This document shows, piece after piece, positions 18,925-27,439 of a stretch of 50,489 nucleotides of DNA. The notes under the pieces are model-generated. The model was not told where the DNA came from. It saw only the letters and a list, made by a program, of their open reading frames with translations, and did not search any database. Origin of the DNA: a virus (lineage: Duplodnaviria; Caudoviricetes); the IMG/VR virus record IMGVR_UViG_3300000101_000024, positions 1-50,489 of that record; one strand, given 5' to 3'. The translations under genes and the position numbers were made by a program. How positions within the stretch are numbered: the stretch's first letter is position 1; each line of letters opens with the position of its first letter.

Positions 18925-19408
18925 TTGTTATCCGGTTAATGTCTAAAACTCTTGTTTGCTCTACTTGTGCTTTTATTTCTACAGCTTTTAAATCTGGCAC
19001 GCATTTGCCCAACAGAGTCTTTGCCGCCAGAACTCTCAGCTCTGGGTCTGCGGAAATTTTACCAGACTTTGTTGCAATGCCTTCTGCGTCTTTTGTATAA
19101 ACTGGGAACATTTCTTTGCCTTGCATAACCGACGCAAGGAATCCCACCGGATCAGCCTGACCCATGATCCAATTAATCGTTGTGTGATGGTTCCATTTGT
19201 AGCGTTTGCGTCTTGCTGGCTTTTGAACGTCCATGGGCTCAACCGATTGGAATCTTCCTTCCCAAGTCTCCGGATTAACAGGACGACCATCTTTCACCGG
19301 ACGTTGCACAATTGTTTGTTCTTTTTTTTGCTTTGGCGGTCTGCCAATTCGTTTTTTGTTCTCTGTCGGCATATTTTTACGTTGCGAACCTTTCTGTTCA
19401 GTGGTCAA
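18806..19408 (-). CDS. terS: Terminase small subunit (start uncertain)
   Basis: Upstream of and overlapping terL; GRP motif, AAKTLLGK.VPDLKAVE. Confidence 0.7.
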   Translation of the reverse strand: MTTEQKGSQRKNMPTENKKRIGRPPKQKKEQTIVQRPVKDGRPVNPETWEGRFQSVEPMDVQKPARRKRYKWNHHTTINWIMGQADPVGFLASVMQGKEMFPVYTKDAEGIATKSGKISADPELRVLAAKTLLGKCVPDLKAVEIKAQVEQTRVLDINRITNDDLNTIERVLEHAVIEGSESGEDEEIVEGIYQEVLGND

Positions 19409-19449
19409 CTGTTTTAAAACTGGAGTTATTATGTCTTATTTTTAAAAAT

Positions 19450-19476
19450 AAAAAAAGCCCAGCATTTCAGCTGGGC
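19450..19476 (-). terminator. Rho-independent terminator ending the leftward early operon
   Basis: GCCCAGC-ATTTCA-GCTGGGC stem followed by a T7 run on the minus strand. Confidence 0.75.
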
Positions 19477-19495
19477 AGAAGGAAGTAAGATTTAA

Positions 19496-19684
19496 TTATA
19501 TCTCAGGACGCCACCTCCCAGTTTTTATTTCATTATCTGAGAAAACACACTCACCAGTTATCCAAGTCCCATCAGCCAAGTATATCGCTTCACCACAACC
19601 AACAGCCCACTCAACCAAGACAACTGCAAAAAATAACGCCACAACCAAAAACAATCCAAAATTAATTAATGCTCGTATTATCAT
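19496..19684 (-). CDS. Small membrane protein
   Basis: N-terminal TM helix, GCG...GEC; AGGAG RBS. Confidence 0.6.
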   Translation of the reverse strand: MIIRALINFGLFLVVALFFAVVLVEWAVGCGEAIYLADGTWITGECVFSDNEIKTGRWRPEI

Positions 19685-19706
19685 TTTAATATTCTCCTTG
19701 TTGTTA

Positions 19707-19889
19707 TTAGAAAGAGGACAACCAGCCCTCTTGATTTTCCCATTTTATAAAGTCAGCTTTTGCAGCGCTAAGTGCATCATTTTCAGACATCTCACAATTT
19801 TCTTCTAGACTAATCGCCCAAGTTTTAATCCAATTTTTTTCAAAGATTTTCTGCTGTTTCTCAGTCATGTTTGGATATAAGGTTTCCAT
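19707..19889 (-). CDS. Hypothetical early protein
   Basis: ORF track; AGGAG RBS. Confidence 0.6.
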   Translation of the reverse strand: METLYPNMTEKQQKIFEKNWIKTWAISLEENCEMSENDALSAAKADFIKWENQEGWLSSF

Positions 19890-19890
19890 T

Positions 19891-20019
19891 TTAATATTCT
19901 CCTCTTGAGATCATTTTTCTATCAAACTGTCTTTGCTTCTTGTTGCCTCTTTTTTTAAGAGCTTTCTCCCAGCCTCTGCTGATGGAATGAACTTTTGATT
20001 TTTTATCTTTAACTTTCAT
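19891..20019 (-). CDS. Small basic protein (42 aa)
   Basis: Manual: MKVKDKKSKVHSISRGWEKALKKRG...; GGAGG RBS. Confidence 0.5.
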   Translation of the reverse strand: MKVKDKKSKVHSISRGWEKALKKRGNKKQRQFDRKMISRGEY

Positions 20020-20020
20020 A

Positions 20021-20353
20021 TTAAGCCTCCTCTGTTTCCAAAAGTGTTATTGTGCCGTCCTTCCAATGAAATCCCACACCATCAAAATCAACCTCGGAGA
20101 ATCCGCAAGAGTCAACTCGGAAGAATCCTTTTCCGGTTTGAATTAAATCACCAACAGAAGTCGAACGGCAACCCTCACCAGAGAAATGATTCGTGATGTT
20201 GTCGCTCTCGTACCAACCACGATCAATGTTTTGGGTCATTGCGTAAGCGTCATTGAGTGCAACGTCATTGTTAAGAGTTGGAACATCCACAGTTGCAACA
20301 AGCTCAAATTTTTCTTGTCTGTCGTGTTTTTGATAAACGTTAACTAATGTCAT
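20021..20353 (-). CDS. Early protein with YodL-like motif
   Basis: RSTSVGDLI...F.VDSCGF; first gene after promoter cassette. Confidence 0.55.
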   Translation of the reverse strand: MTLVNVYQKHDRQEKFELVATVDVPTLNNDVALNDAYAMTQNIDRGWYESDNITNHFSGEGCRSTSVGDLIQTGKGFFRVDSCGFSEVDFDGVGFHWKDGTITLLETEEA

Positions 20354-20426
20354 TTTGTTTCCTTTCTCAGTTTCGGGAACTATTTCCCAATGCAGTTATT
20401 ATCCCTCTTTTTGGCAGTTAAGGCAA
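20354..20426 (-). promoter_or_regulatory. Sigma70-type promoter-hairpin-RBS cassette, copy 1
   Basis: TTGCCT-17-GATAAT, GGGAA/TTCCC hairpin, AGAAAGGAA RBS. Confidence 0.8.
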
Positions 20427-20454
20427 CAACTTTCGAACTTTTCTTTCTGTGTTA

Positions 20455-20542
20455 AATCAACTGCTTACAATAAAACGAAACCAAACACTGGGTAACGTTT
20501 CTGTTTAGGTTTTACTTTGGATTCGTCTTTAAGTATTTGATT
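20455..20542. promoter_or_regulatory. Two IHF-consensus sites in divergent intergenic region
   Basis: AATCAACTGCTTA (20455-20467) and TAAGTATTTGATT (20530-20542) match WATCAANNNNTTR. Confidence 0.5.
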
Positions 20543-20776
20543 GCATTAAACAAAACAACCAAACGAAGCCAGAAACCACAAATTCTCTGAAATTTTAATT
20601 TATTTTTTTGTTGTGATTTCTCTCCCTTATAATAACATTCAATTTTTCAAGGACGGGTCCAAAAACAACCGAAACCGCAAAGACTGGGTTCTTTGGTTTC
20701 GGGTGGTAAAGTTTTTGTTTCTTTTTGTTCCGCGTTCAGGCATAATAAATCTTCAACAAATGAGAAAGGACAGAAA

Positions 20777-21136
20777 GTGCCAAAAGTTTATGTAGTGAAT
20801 CGACCCACCCGAAACAAGTTCGGTTGGACACCTGATTTGTCCGATGCCACACGTTATGGTGCACTTGAGGTTGTGTTCGAACCAAACGACCAACCCCAGT
20901 TTGTGCCAGCCCCAAGCATCCGCAAAGCACGTGAGATTATGAAAGACTTCAGCTCGGAGGATTATCTCCTCTGGCCAGGAGGTGGGGATCCAATCGCGGT
21001 GATGATCTGTTGTATGATTGCCTCTGAAAAAGCCCCAACAGTGAGAGTGCTCCGATGGGAGCGCAACATGGAGGAAGGTGAGCGTGACAGGCGCAAAGGT
21101 TGGTACATGCCTGTGGCTCTTGAACTCCGCAAATAA
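20777..21136 (+). CDS. Hypothetical protein, first of replication operon (start revised to GTG 20777)
   Basis: AGAAAGGA RBS precedes GTG 20777; DYLL..G.GDP motif. Confidence 0.65.
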   Translation: MPKVYVVNRPTRNKFGWTPDLSDATRYGALEVVFEPNDQPQFVPAPSIRKAREIMKDFSSEDYLLWPGGGDPIAVMICCMIASEKAPTVRVLRWERNMEEGERDRRKGWYMPVALELRK

Positions 21137-21148
21137 GAAAGGAAATAT

Positions 21149-21748
21149 ATGCAAGATGCAATAGATCTGCTCGCGGATGTAGCACCAGCATCCAATGAAG
21201 AAATAGGTGCGTTAGCGGAACTGGCTCAGAAGATGGTTTATCTTGAAAATGAGATAGAGCGTGACGAGGAGTCATTGAAGCAAAAAAAGCAGAATCTCAG
21301 AATGTTGGCAGAACGTGATATACCAGACATGATGCAAGAGCTCAATGTGAGGTCGTTTGAATTAACAGACGGCAGTGCAATCGAGATCAAGCCCATCATC
21401 CAAGCCTCAATCCCCTCGGCAGGTGCAATCGAACGTGCCAAAGAGGAAAGCGTGCGTGCGGAACTGGTAGTGCTGCAACAGCAGTGTTTTAATTGGTTGC
21501 GTGACAATGGTGGTGGCGACTTAATTAAAAGCGCAGTTGAGGTTAAGTTTGGGCGTGGCGAGGAGCAAGACTGTAAGAACTTCACAGAACAACTCCAAGG
21601 CAACAACCTGAACTACAAGCAAGCAACATCCGTGCATCCTCAAACTCTTAATGGTTTTATGAAAGAGCGCATTGAAGAGGGCAAGGACATACCGATGGAA
21701 CTTTTCCGCGTATTCACTGGCAGGCGTGCCAACATTAAAAAAAGGTAA
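21149..21748 (+). CDS. Conserved replication-module protein
   Basis: Coiled coil, IPDMM, WLRDNG.GDLIK, VHPQTL motifs; upstream of SSB-like gene. Confidence 0.65.
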   Translation: MQDAIDLLADVAPASNEEIGALAELAQKMVYLENEIERDEESLKQKKQNLRMLAERDIPDMMQELNVRSFELTDGSAIEIKPIIQASIPSAGAIERAKEESVRAELVVLQQQCFNWLRDNGGGDLIKSAVEVKFGRGEEQDCKNFTEQLQGNNLNYKQATSVHPQTLNGFMKERIEEGKDIPMELFRVFTGRRANIKKR

Positions 21749-21754
21749 AACATT

Positions 21755-22552
21755 ATGGCTAAAAAAGAAGTAGCAAAAAAAGGTAGCACAGAGTTAGCAG
21801 CATTCGATGAATCAGTACTGCTCGCAGACGCTGGGTTGGGATTGGAGAATGTCACAAAAGACGATATCATGATTCCGCGCTTGAGTATCCTGCAAGCACT
21901 CAGCCCCCAAGTCAACAAGCGCGATGGTGCTTACATCGAAGGTGCCGAGCAAGGTTCAATTTTAAACAATGTGGCGGATGTTGTTGTGGACGGTGCAACA
22001 GGTATCACAGTCGTGCCGATCAGTTTCCGCAAAGCACATCTAGAGTGGAAAGCCGACAGAGGTGGGTTTGTTGCTGACCATGGTCCGAGCAGTGCATGCT
22101 TAACGGCTTGTGAGCGTGGATCACGTGGCGAGTACATTACCTCGGAAGGCAATGAGATTGTCCCAACCTCGGAGTTTTTTGTGTTTGTGATTAATGCAGA
22201 AGGTGAGTACTCTCCAGCTTCAATCAGCATGTCCAAGAGCCAAAGCAAAAAAGCTCGACAGTGGAATGCAATGATGCAAGGACTCACAATCCCAGTCCAA
22301 GACAAACGAGTTCCAGCAGCAGCTTTTTGGACTGCGTACCAACTCACAACTGTGCCGCAAGAAAATGATCAAGGTGCTTGGTTCGGGTGGTCGATTAAAA
22401 TGTTGCACGACGCAAACAGCGGAGGCATCATTCAGCAGCACCCAGCAGGGAAAGAGATTTACTTAGCAGCACGTGCTTTCATGCAACAAATCAAAGACGG
22501 TGAAGTGCAGGTGAAGCAAGAAGAATCAGAGGTAACTTCAGAAGACTTCTAA
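21755..22552 (+). CDS. Putative single-stranded DNA-binding protein
   Basis: IPRLSILQALSPQV motif; acidic C-terminus ending in F (EVTSEDF). Confidence 0.6.
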   Translation: MAKKEVAKKGSTELAAFDESVLLADAGLGLENVTKDDIMIPRLSILQALSPQVNKRDGAYIEGAEQGSILNNVADVVVDGATGITVVPISFRKAHLEWKADRGGFVADHGPSSACLTACERGSRGEYITSEGNEIVPTSEFFVFVINAEGEYSPASISMSKSQSKKARQWNAMMQGLTIPVQDKRVPAAAFWTAYQLTTVPQENDQGAWFGWSIKMLHDANSGGIIQQHPAGKEIYLAARAFMQQIKDGEVQVKQEESEVTSEDF

Positions 22553-22560
22553 AAAAAAGA

Positions 22561-22578
22561 GGGGAGCTACGGCTCCCC
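22561..22578 (+). terminator. cUACGg hairpin (terminator or stabiliser)
   Basis: GGGGAGC-TACG-GCTCCCC between SSB-like and primase genes. Confidence 0.55.
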
Positions 22579-22605
22579 GACTTTCTCAGAAAGGAAAGCT
22601 ACAGC

Positions 22606-24141
22606 ATGGAAGAGTCGATTGTAAAACGTTTCATGAGTTTGTTCCAAGGCTACACAAAAGCCCACGGACAATACAGCGTGAAGCGCACAGAGGCAGATGG
22701 TAAAAAAGCAGGCAGAGCAATCACAATCTCTGAGGGACCAACACAGCTTCATTTTGAATCTCACCTGAACGGAAAAGAATACATCCTCGGAATCATTATG
22801 TTGCGCGACGACAACTCGTGCAGCTTTGGTGCGATTGATATTGACATCCGTGGTGATGTTAAGTTGAATGAAACTTTGGATGATTTAGAAAAGAAAATAG
22901 AAAAAACTCCATTGGTGTTGTGTCGTTCTAAAAGTGGCGGTGCACATTTGTATTTATTTTGCGACCCTCCGATTGCCGCTGTCGACATGGTTGCCAAGTT
23001 AAATGAGTTTGCCGCTACGCTTGGTTACGGAGGTGCGGAGATTTTCCCAAAGCAAATCAGCCGAGCCAATGCGCAAGACCGAGGCAACTGGATAAACCTC
23101 GCGTACTGGAATGGAGACAAAAGCGAACGCTACGCAATACACAAAGGCAAGAAGTTATCACTCGAGAAGTTTTTAAATCTTGCTGAGAAAAAAAGAACAA
23201 CATGGGAAAAGCTCCAGACATTTGAACCAGAGCTGACAAGCAAGTTTGATGATGGACCACCTTGCCTACAACACATCATGACGATGGGATTCCCAGAGGG
23301 CAGTCGCAACATATCGCTTTTTAATGTCGGAGTTTATTTCCGGAAGAAGAACCCAGACGACTGGCAAGAGGACTTGTTTGCGTTTAATTATGAAATAGAA
23401 AACTCTTTGCCGAGCTCCGAGGTGAATGGATTGATAAAGTCTGTGAGCAAAAAAGATTATGCTTACACCTGCAAGCAATCCCCAATATGCAACTACTGCG
23501 AGAAGCCCAAGTGCATGAAGCGAGAGTTCGGGATTGGTGGATTCTCAGGTGGTGCAAATATGCAGATCGACTCAATCACAAAGTATGAAACCGAAAACAG
23601 AAGCTCTGTGCGTTGGTACTTAGAGATGCAAGGTGAGCGCATCGAGGTCACAACACAACAACTCCTCGACCAAGGTCAGCTGCAAAAAATATGCATGGAA
23701 AAACTCAACAAGTGTCCATCAAAGATGGCTGGACCAAAATGGGAGCAACGCATAAATGAATTGTTGACAACTGTTGAGATTGTTCAAGACCCAGACGATG
23801 CATCCCCACAAGGTCAGTTTGAGAAAATCCTTGATTCATTTTTAACAGGAAAAGTTCGCGCACGCCACAAAGATGAAATAATGAACGGCAAACCTTACTA
23901 TGACGAAGAAGCAGGCAAGATGTTTTTCCGCTCAGAAGATTTGTTTTTGTTTTTAGAGGCAAGACGTTTCAGATACTTAACTCAACATCAGGTTTGGAGT
24001 TGGTTGCGTGAGTCGGGTGGCGACAGAGCATCTTGGCGTTTAAAGAAAAAGCCTGTGAAGGTTTGGTCAGTGCCAGCTCCAGACTTTTATGACGAATCAG
24101 ACGAACTCGACATACCGTCTAATCTTCAAGATTCTTTTTGA
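22606..24141 (+). CDS. AEP-superfamily primase with PriCT-like domain
   Basis: AIDID, RSKSGGAHLY, EIFPKQ, GNWINL.Y, PPCL...EGSRN..LF and a Cys cluster. Confidence 0.8.
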   Translation: MEESIVKRFMSLFQGYTKAHGQYSVKRTEADGKKAGRAITISEGPTQLHFESHLNGKEYILGIIMLRDDNSCSFGAIDIDIRGDVKLNETLDDLEKKIEKTPLVLCRSKSGGAHLYLFCDPPIAAVDMVAKLNEFAATLGYGGAEIFPKQISRANAQDRGNWINLAYWNGDKSERYAIHKGKKLSLEKFLNLAEKKRTTWEKLQTFEPELTSKFDDGPPCLQHIMTMGFPEGSRNISLFNVGVYFRKKNPDDWQEDLFAFNYEIENSLPSSEVNGLIKSVSKKDYAYTCKQSPICNYCEKPKCMKREFGIGGFSGGANMQIDSITKYETENRSSVRWYLEMQGERIEVTTQQLLDQGQLQKICMEKLNKCPSKMAGPKWEQRINELLTTVEIVQDPDDASPQGQFEKILDSFLTGKVRARHKDEIMNGKPYYDEEAGKMFFRSEDLFLFLEARRFRYLTQHQVWSWLRESGGDRASWRLKKKPVKVWSVPAPDFYDESDELDIPSNLQDSF

Positions 24142-25601
24142 TGCGCAATGTCCAAATAATACTTGGACCTCCAGGAACAGGCAAAACCACAACGTTGTTG
24201 AAAATTGTTGAGGATGCTTTGGCTCGTGGAGTGCCGCCAGAAAAAATTGCATACTTGGCATTCACGCGCAAAGCTGCATACGAGGCACAATCACGCGCAA
24301 TGAAGCAGTTCGGATTTGAGGAAGCACGTTTTCCTTTTTTCCGTACACTGCACTCACTCGCATTTAAAGAACTAGGATTGCGCAGAGACGAGGTCATGAC
24401 CAATAGCCATTACCGAAAACTCGGCAAAGCACTCGGTGTTGAGTTCCGAGGGATTTATGATGAGGACTTGGGAATTCATACTGGGGACGGTTTGGGGGAC
24501 AAGTGTTCGAGGATCGAGAGTTTGGCTCGTGTTGGTTTGCGTTCAGCAGAAGAACAGTATCACCTCTCACCTGTGAACGACTTAACACTTCATGCTGTTC
24601 GCCAGTACGACAACTCTTTGCGGATGTACAAAAGAGAACTAGGGTTGTACGACTTCACCGACATGCTTGAGTCTTACAGCTCAGAACTCGACATCGACAT
24701 ATTCATACTGGATGAGGCACAGGACTTGAGTTCGTTGCAATATAAAATGGCAATCAAAGCCGCAACCAACGCAAAGGAAGTCTACATTGCTGGGGATGAT
24801 GATCAGGCGATTTTTGGTTGGGCTGGGGCAGATGTGAATAAGTTTTTAAACCTTAAAGGCAACCGAGTGGTTCTGCCTCAAAGCTACCGCATTCCGACAT
24901 CTGTTCACCACTTGGCACTTGATATTGTGAAGCGAATTAAAAACAGATATGTTAAACCTTGGTCACCACGAACCGACAAAGGCTATGTGGAGTACATTGT
25001 TGATGAGCAACAGATTGATTTCTCCTCAGGAGGGACTTGGTTGTGTTTGGCTCGGAGCAAGTATTTAATGAGTCGGTATAAAAAATCAGTTCGCCAGCAA
25101 GGCTATGGATATTCTTATGGCGGCAAAAACTCTTTGGACTCAGAAGAGACCCGAGCAATCTCGAGTTGGGAAAGACTGCGAGCAGGCACCAGCATCACTC
25201 GGCACGAGGCAAAGAGCATGATACAATTTTTCTCGCACCCACCAAGGTTAAAAAAGAAAGACAGTTATTTGCTGAAAGATTTAGGATTGCCAGAGGCTGC
25301 AAAAAGTTACGACTGGATGCAAATGCTGAGAGAGATTCCACCAGAGGAGCGTGAGTATCTGCGTTCATGTTTGCGCAATGGGGAAAGGTTTTTCTCAGAG
25401 CCACGCATTGTCATTTCTACAATCCATCAATCCAAAGGTGGCGAAGCAGACAATGTTGTGTTGATGACTGACATGGGCAGATTGAGTTGGGAGAACTCAC
25501 ATCGGGATGAGGAGAACAGAGTTTGGTACGTTGCGCTGACCAGAACTCGCAAGAATCTGTTCATAATCAGACCAAGAGGACTCAGGCATTATGAAATTTA
25601 A
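24141..25601 (+). CDS. UvrD/Rep SF1 helicase
   Basis: GPPGTGKT, AFTRKAA, TLHS, DEAQD, GDDDQAIF, STIHQSKGGE, YVALTR; TGATG overlap gives start 24141. Confidence 0.92.
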   Translation: MRNVQIILGPPGTGKTTTLLKIVEDALARGVPPEKIAYLAFTRKAAYEAQSRAMKQFGFEEARFPFFRTLHSLAFKELGLRRDEVMTNSHYRKLGKALGVEFRGIYDEDLGIHTGDGLGDKCSRIESLARVGLRSAEEQYHLSPVNDLTLHAVRQYDNSLRMYKRELGLYDFTDMLESYSSELDIDIFILDEAQDLSSLQYKMAIKAATNAKEVYIAGDDDQAIFGWAGADVNKFLNLKGNRVVLPQSYRIPTSVHHLALDIVKRIKNRYVKPWSPRTDKGYVEYIVDEQQIDFSSGGTWLCLARSKYLMSRYKKSVRQQGYGYSYGGKNSLDSEETRAISSWERLRAGTSITRHEAKSMIQFFSHPPRLKKKDSYLLKDLGLPEAAKSYDWMQMLREIPPEEREYLRSCLRNGERFFSEPRIVISTIHQSKGGEADNVVLMTDMGRLSWENSHRDEENRVWYVALTRTRKNLFIIRPRGLRHYEI

Positions 25602-25604
25602 TTG

Positions 25605-25718
25605 CAAGCATTTGATTTTAAAAGAAAAGAAAACTGATATAATTGTTGCCTTTCTGCCATAAAAGAGGGATAATAACTGTATTGGGAATGTCTCCCAAAA
25701 CTGAGAAAGGAAATAAAA
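25605..25718 (+). promoter_or_regulatory. IHF box plus promoter-hairpin-RBS cassette, copy 2
   Basis: CAAGCATTTGATT; TTGCCT(25646)-17-GATAAT; TTGGGA/TCCCAA hairpin; AGAAAGGAA. Confidence 0.8.
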
Positions 25719-26096
25719 ATGACACAACGAACAGTAAAATACGAAAGCCCAGCTCACAAAATCTTTGAAGGCAAAGGTGAGTACAAAGACGGTGATGTTA
25801 TTGCAATCGCATATGAGTCAAGAAATCACGGAACTTTGCATCGTTTCTACACTTTGGGCAGTGTTGTTGAGTACGCGATTGATAATTGCCAATGCCCATT
25901 TGAGGCAGTTGAAAAAGCAAAAGAACGTGGTGAGGATCTTCACTGGGCAAACCAAAATTCAAGCATGCTTACTAGCCATGACCGCCCACAAGAATATTCA
26001 TTCATGCAAAAACACGGCGATAAAATTAAATTCCATGGCAAGACTTTTGAGATTGTCTCAACACCGAATAACAACATATCTCTTAAATTAATATAA
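25719..26096 (+). CDS. Hypothetical early protein
   Basis: ORF directly after cassette RBS. Confidence 0.7.
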   Translation: MTQRTVKYESPAHKIFEGKGEYKDGDVIAIAYESRNHGTLHRFYTLGSVVEYAIDNCQCPFEAVEKAKERGEDLHWANQNSSMLTSHDRPQEYSFMQKHGDKIKFHGKTFEIVSTPNNNISLKLI

Positions 26097-26102
26097 TCAT
26101 CG

Positions 26103-26120
26103 GGGGAGCTCCGGCTCCCC
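26103..26120 (+). terminator. cUCCGg hairpin (terminator or stabiliser)
   Basis: GGGGAGC-TCCG-GCTCCCC; T-run offset by about 7 nt. Confidence 0.5.
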
Positions 26121-26147
26121 TACCAACTTTTTTAGAAAGGAAACAAA

Positions 26148-26495
26148 ATGAATACATGCAGCGAACCAAAAGTAGTTATTAAACAGAAAACCACGACTCT
26201 TGAATCTATCGAGTGGAAGTTGCTTTGGTACACTGATGGTGCGGAAAAATCTTACGCAATAACAATTGAGGAAAGTACAAAAGCATCACACCTTGAGATG
26301 TGGGCTGTGGATGAACACACAGACGAGCTATATTTACAAATGTCGTTTGAGGTCAACACACGAGGAAAAATAGTGAATCTTTTTAAAGAGTCGGGCATGG
26401 TTGCTGACTGCATAAAAGCCATAGGATTCGGTGTCTTAGAATTATCAGATACTTCAGGTTGGTTCAGAAATGATTTACCTGAATATCTAAAATAA
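26148..26495 (+). CDS. Hypothetical early protein
   Basis: AGAAAGGAA RBS. Confidence 0.65.
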   Translation: MNTCSEPKVVIKQKTTTLESIEWKLLWYTDGAEKSYAITIEESTKASHLEMWAVDEHTDELYLQMSFEVNTRGKIVNLFKESGMVADCIKAIGFGVLELSDTSGWFRNDLPEYLK

Positions 26496-26520
26496 AACAA
26501 AAATAAATATGGCAGAAGGC

Positions 26521-26594
26521 TTGACTTTCTGTCATAAAAGAGAGATAATTACTTTACTGACTAAATAACTAGTCAGATTTAAGAAAGGAACAAA
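26521..26594 (+). promoter_or_regulatory. Promoter-hairpin-RBS cassette, copy 3
   Basis: TTGACT-17-GATAAT; CTGACTA/TAGTCAG hairpin; AGAAAGGAA. Confidence 0.8.
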
Positions 26595-26951
26595 ATGAAA
26601 AATCCAAGCCAAATTTATTTAGAAGCACACACAGCAGGAATGACAGCAGCACAAAACTGCACCCCAACAGCCATGGTTGTTAATTATGTTTCCAATGGCG
26701 AAAAAGTTCGTGAAGTTGTGGAAGAAGGTGTTTGTGGTTTTGCTTGGGTCAAGATGCCCAACCGAGGCAAGTTTGTAAATTTTTTGAAGCAGGAAGGGAT
26801 TGGTCGCAAAAATGAATGGGAAGGTGGATACCACATTTGGATTGGCGACTTTAACCAGTCAATGGAAAGAAAGTCATCGTATGCTCGCGCGTTCTCAAAA
26901 GTTCTCAACGAGAATGGAATCAAATCAACCTCACAATCAAGGATGGACTAA
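26595..26951 (+). CDS. Conserved phage early protein
   Basis: GVCGFAWV...QSMERK..YA.AF..VL...GI...SRMD pattern. Confidence 0.7.
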   Translation: MKNPSQIYLEAHTAGMTAAQNCTPTAMVVNYVSNGEKVREVVEEGVCGFAWVKMPNRGKFVNFLKQEGIGRKNEWEGGYHIWIGDFNQSMERKSSYARAFSKVLNENGIKSTSQSRMD

Positions 26952-26953
26952 TT

Positions 26954-27439
26954 TTGGATATTCAAAAAAAGTGCGCAAGGTTGGCGAAATCTATGAAGCT
27001 CGAGTGTGTACCGATGGAGCGGGATTTGGTACACATAATTACCGACTATAAAAAATTCAAACAGAAGTACGGAATCGAATGGCATGAGTTCCACAAAGCA
27101 GGCAACATTAATTTCGGGTGGCAACAAACTTGGGAAGAGTTGGTAGAGTTGAAAGAAAAATTTAAATCACAAGGAGATATAAAAATGCAAGAAGTTGAAG
27201 TAAAAGTTGAAACCGCAAACAAAGAAGAGAGAGGTCGCAAGTCTGCATACAAAGGCAAAACTCTTATCGCAAAGACTCAGGAGAACAAACGCAGGAAAGG
27301 CAGTGCTGGGCAAGTTTCCCTGCAGATAATTATCGACAACTCCCCGATAGTTTATGAAGCATACATCGCGGCAGGAGGCAGACGCCAAGACTTGGCTCAT
27401 GATATAAAAGAAGACAGAGTTGAAGTTAAGGAGAGCTGA
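26954..27439 (+). CDS. Hypothetical basic protein (likely start at 27185)
   Basis: AAGGAGATATAAAAATG at 27171-27187; N.RRKGS.G...YIAAGGRRQDL..D domain. Confidence 0.55.
   Translation: MDIQKKCARLAKSMKLECVPMERDLVHIITDYKKFKQKYGIEWHEFHKAGNINFGWQQTWEELVELKEKFKSQGDIKMQEVEVKVETANKEERGRKSAYKGKTLIAKTQENKRRKGSAGQVSLQIIIDNSPIVYEAYIAAGGRRQDLAHDIKEDRVEVKES

Noticed and set aside
20613-20795. ORF 20613..20795 and the 20693 start of the next ORF
   Set aside because: No RBS; they lie in the repeat-rich intergenic region; GTG 20777 has a proper AGAAAGGA
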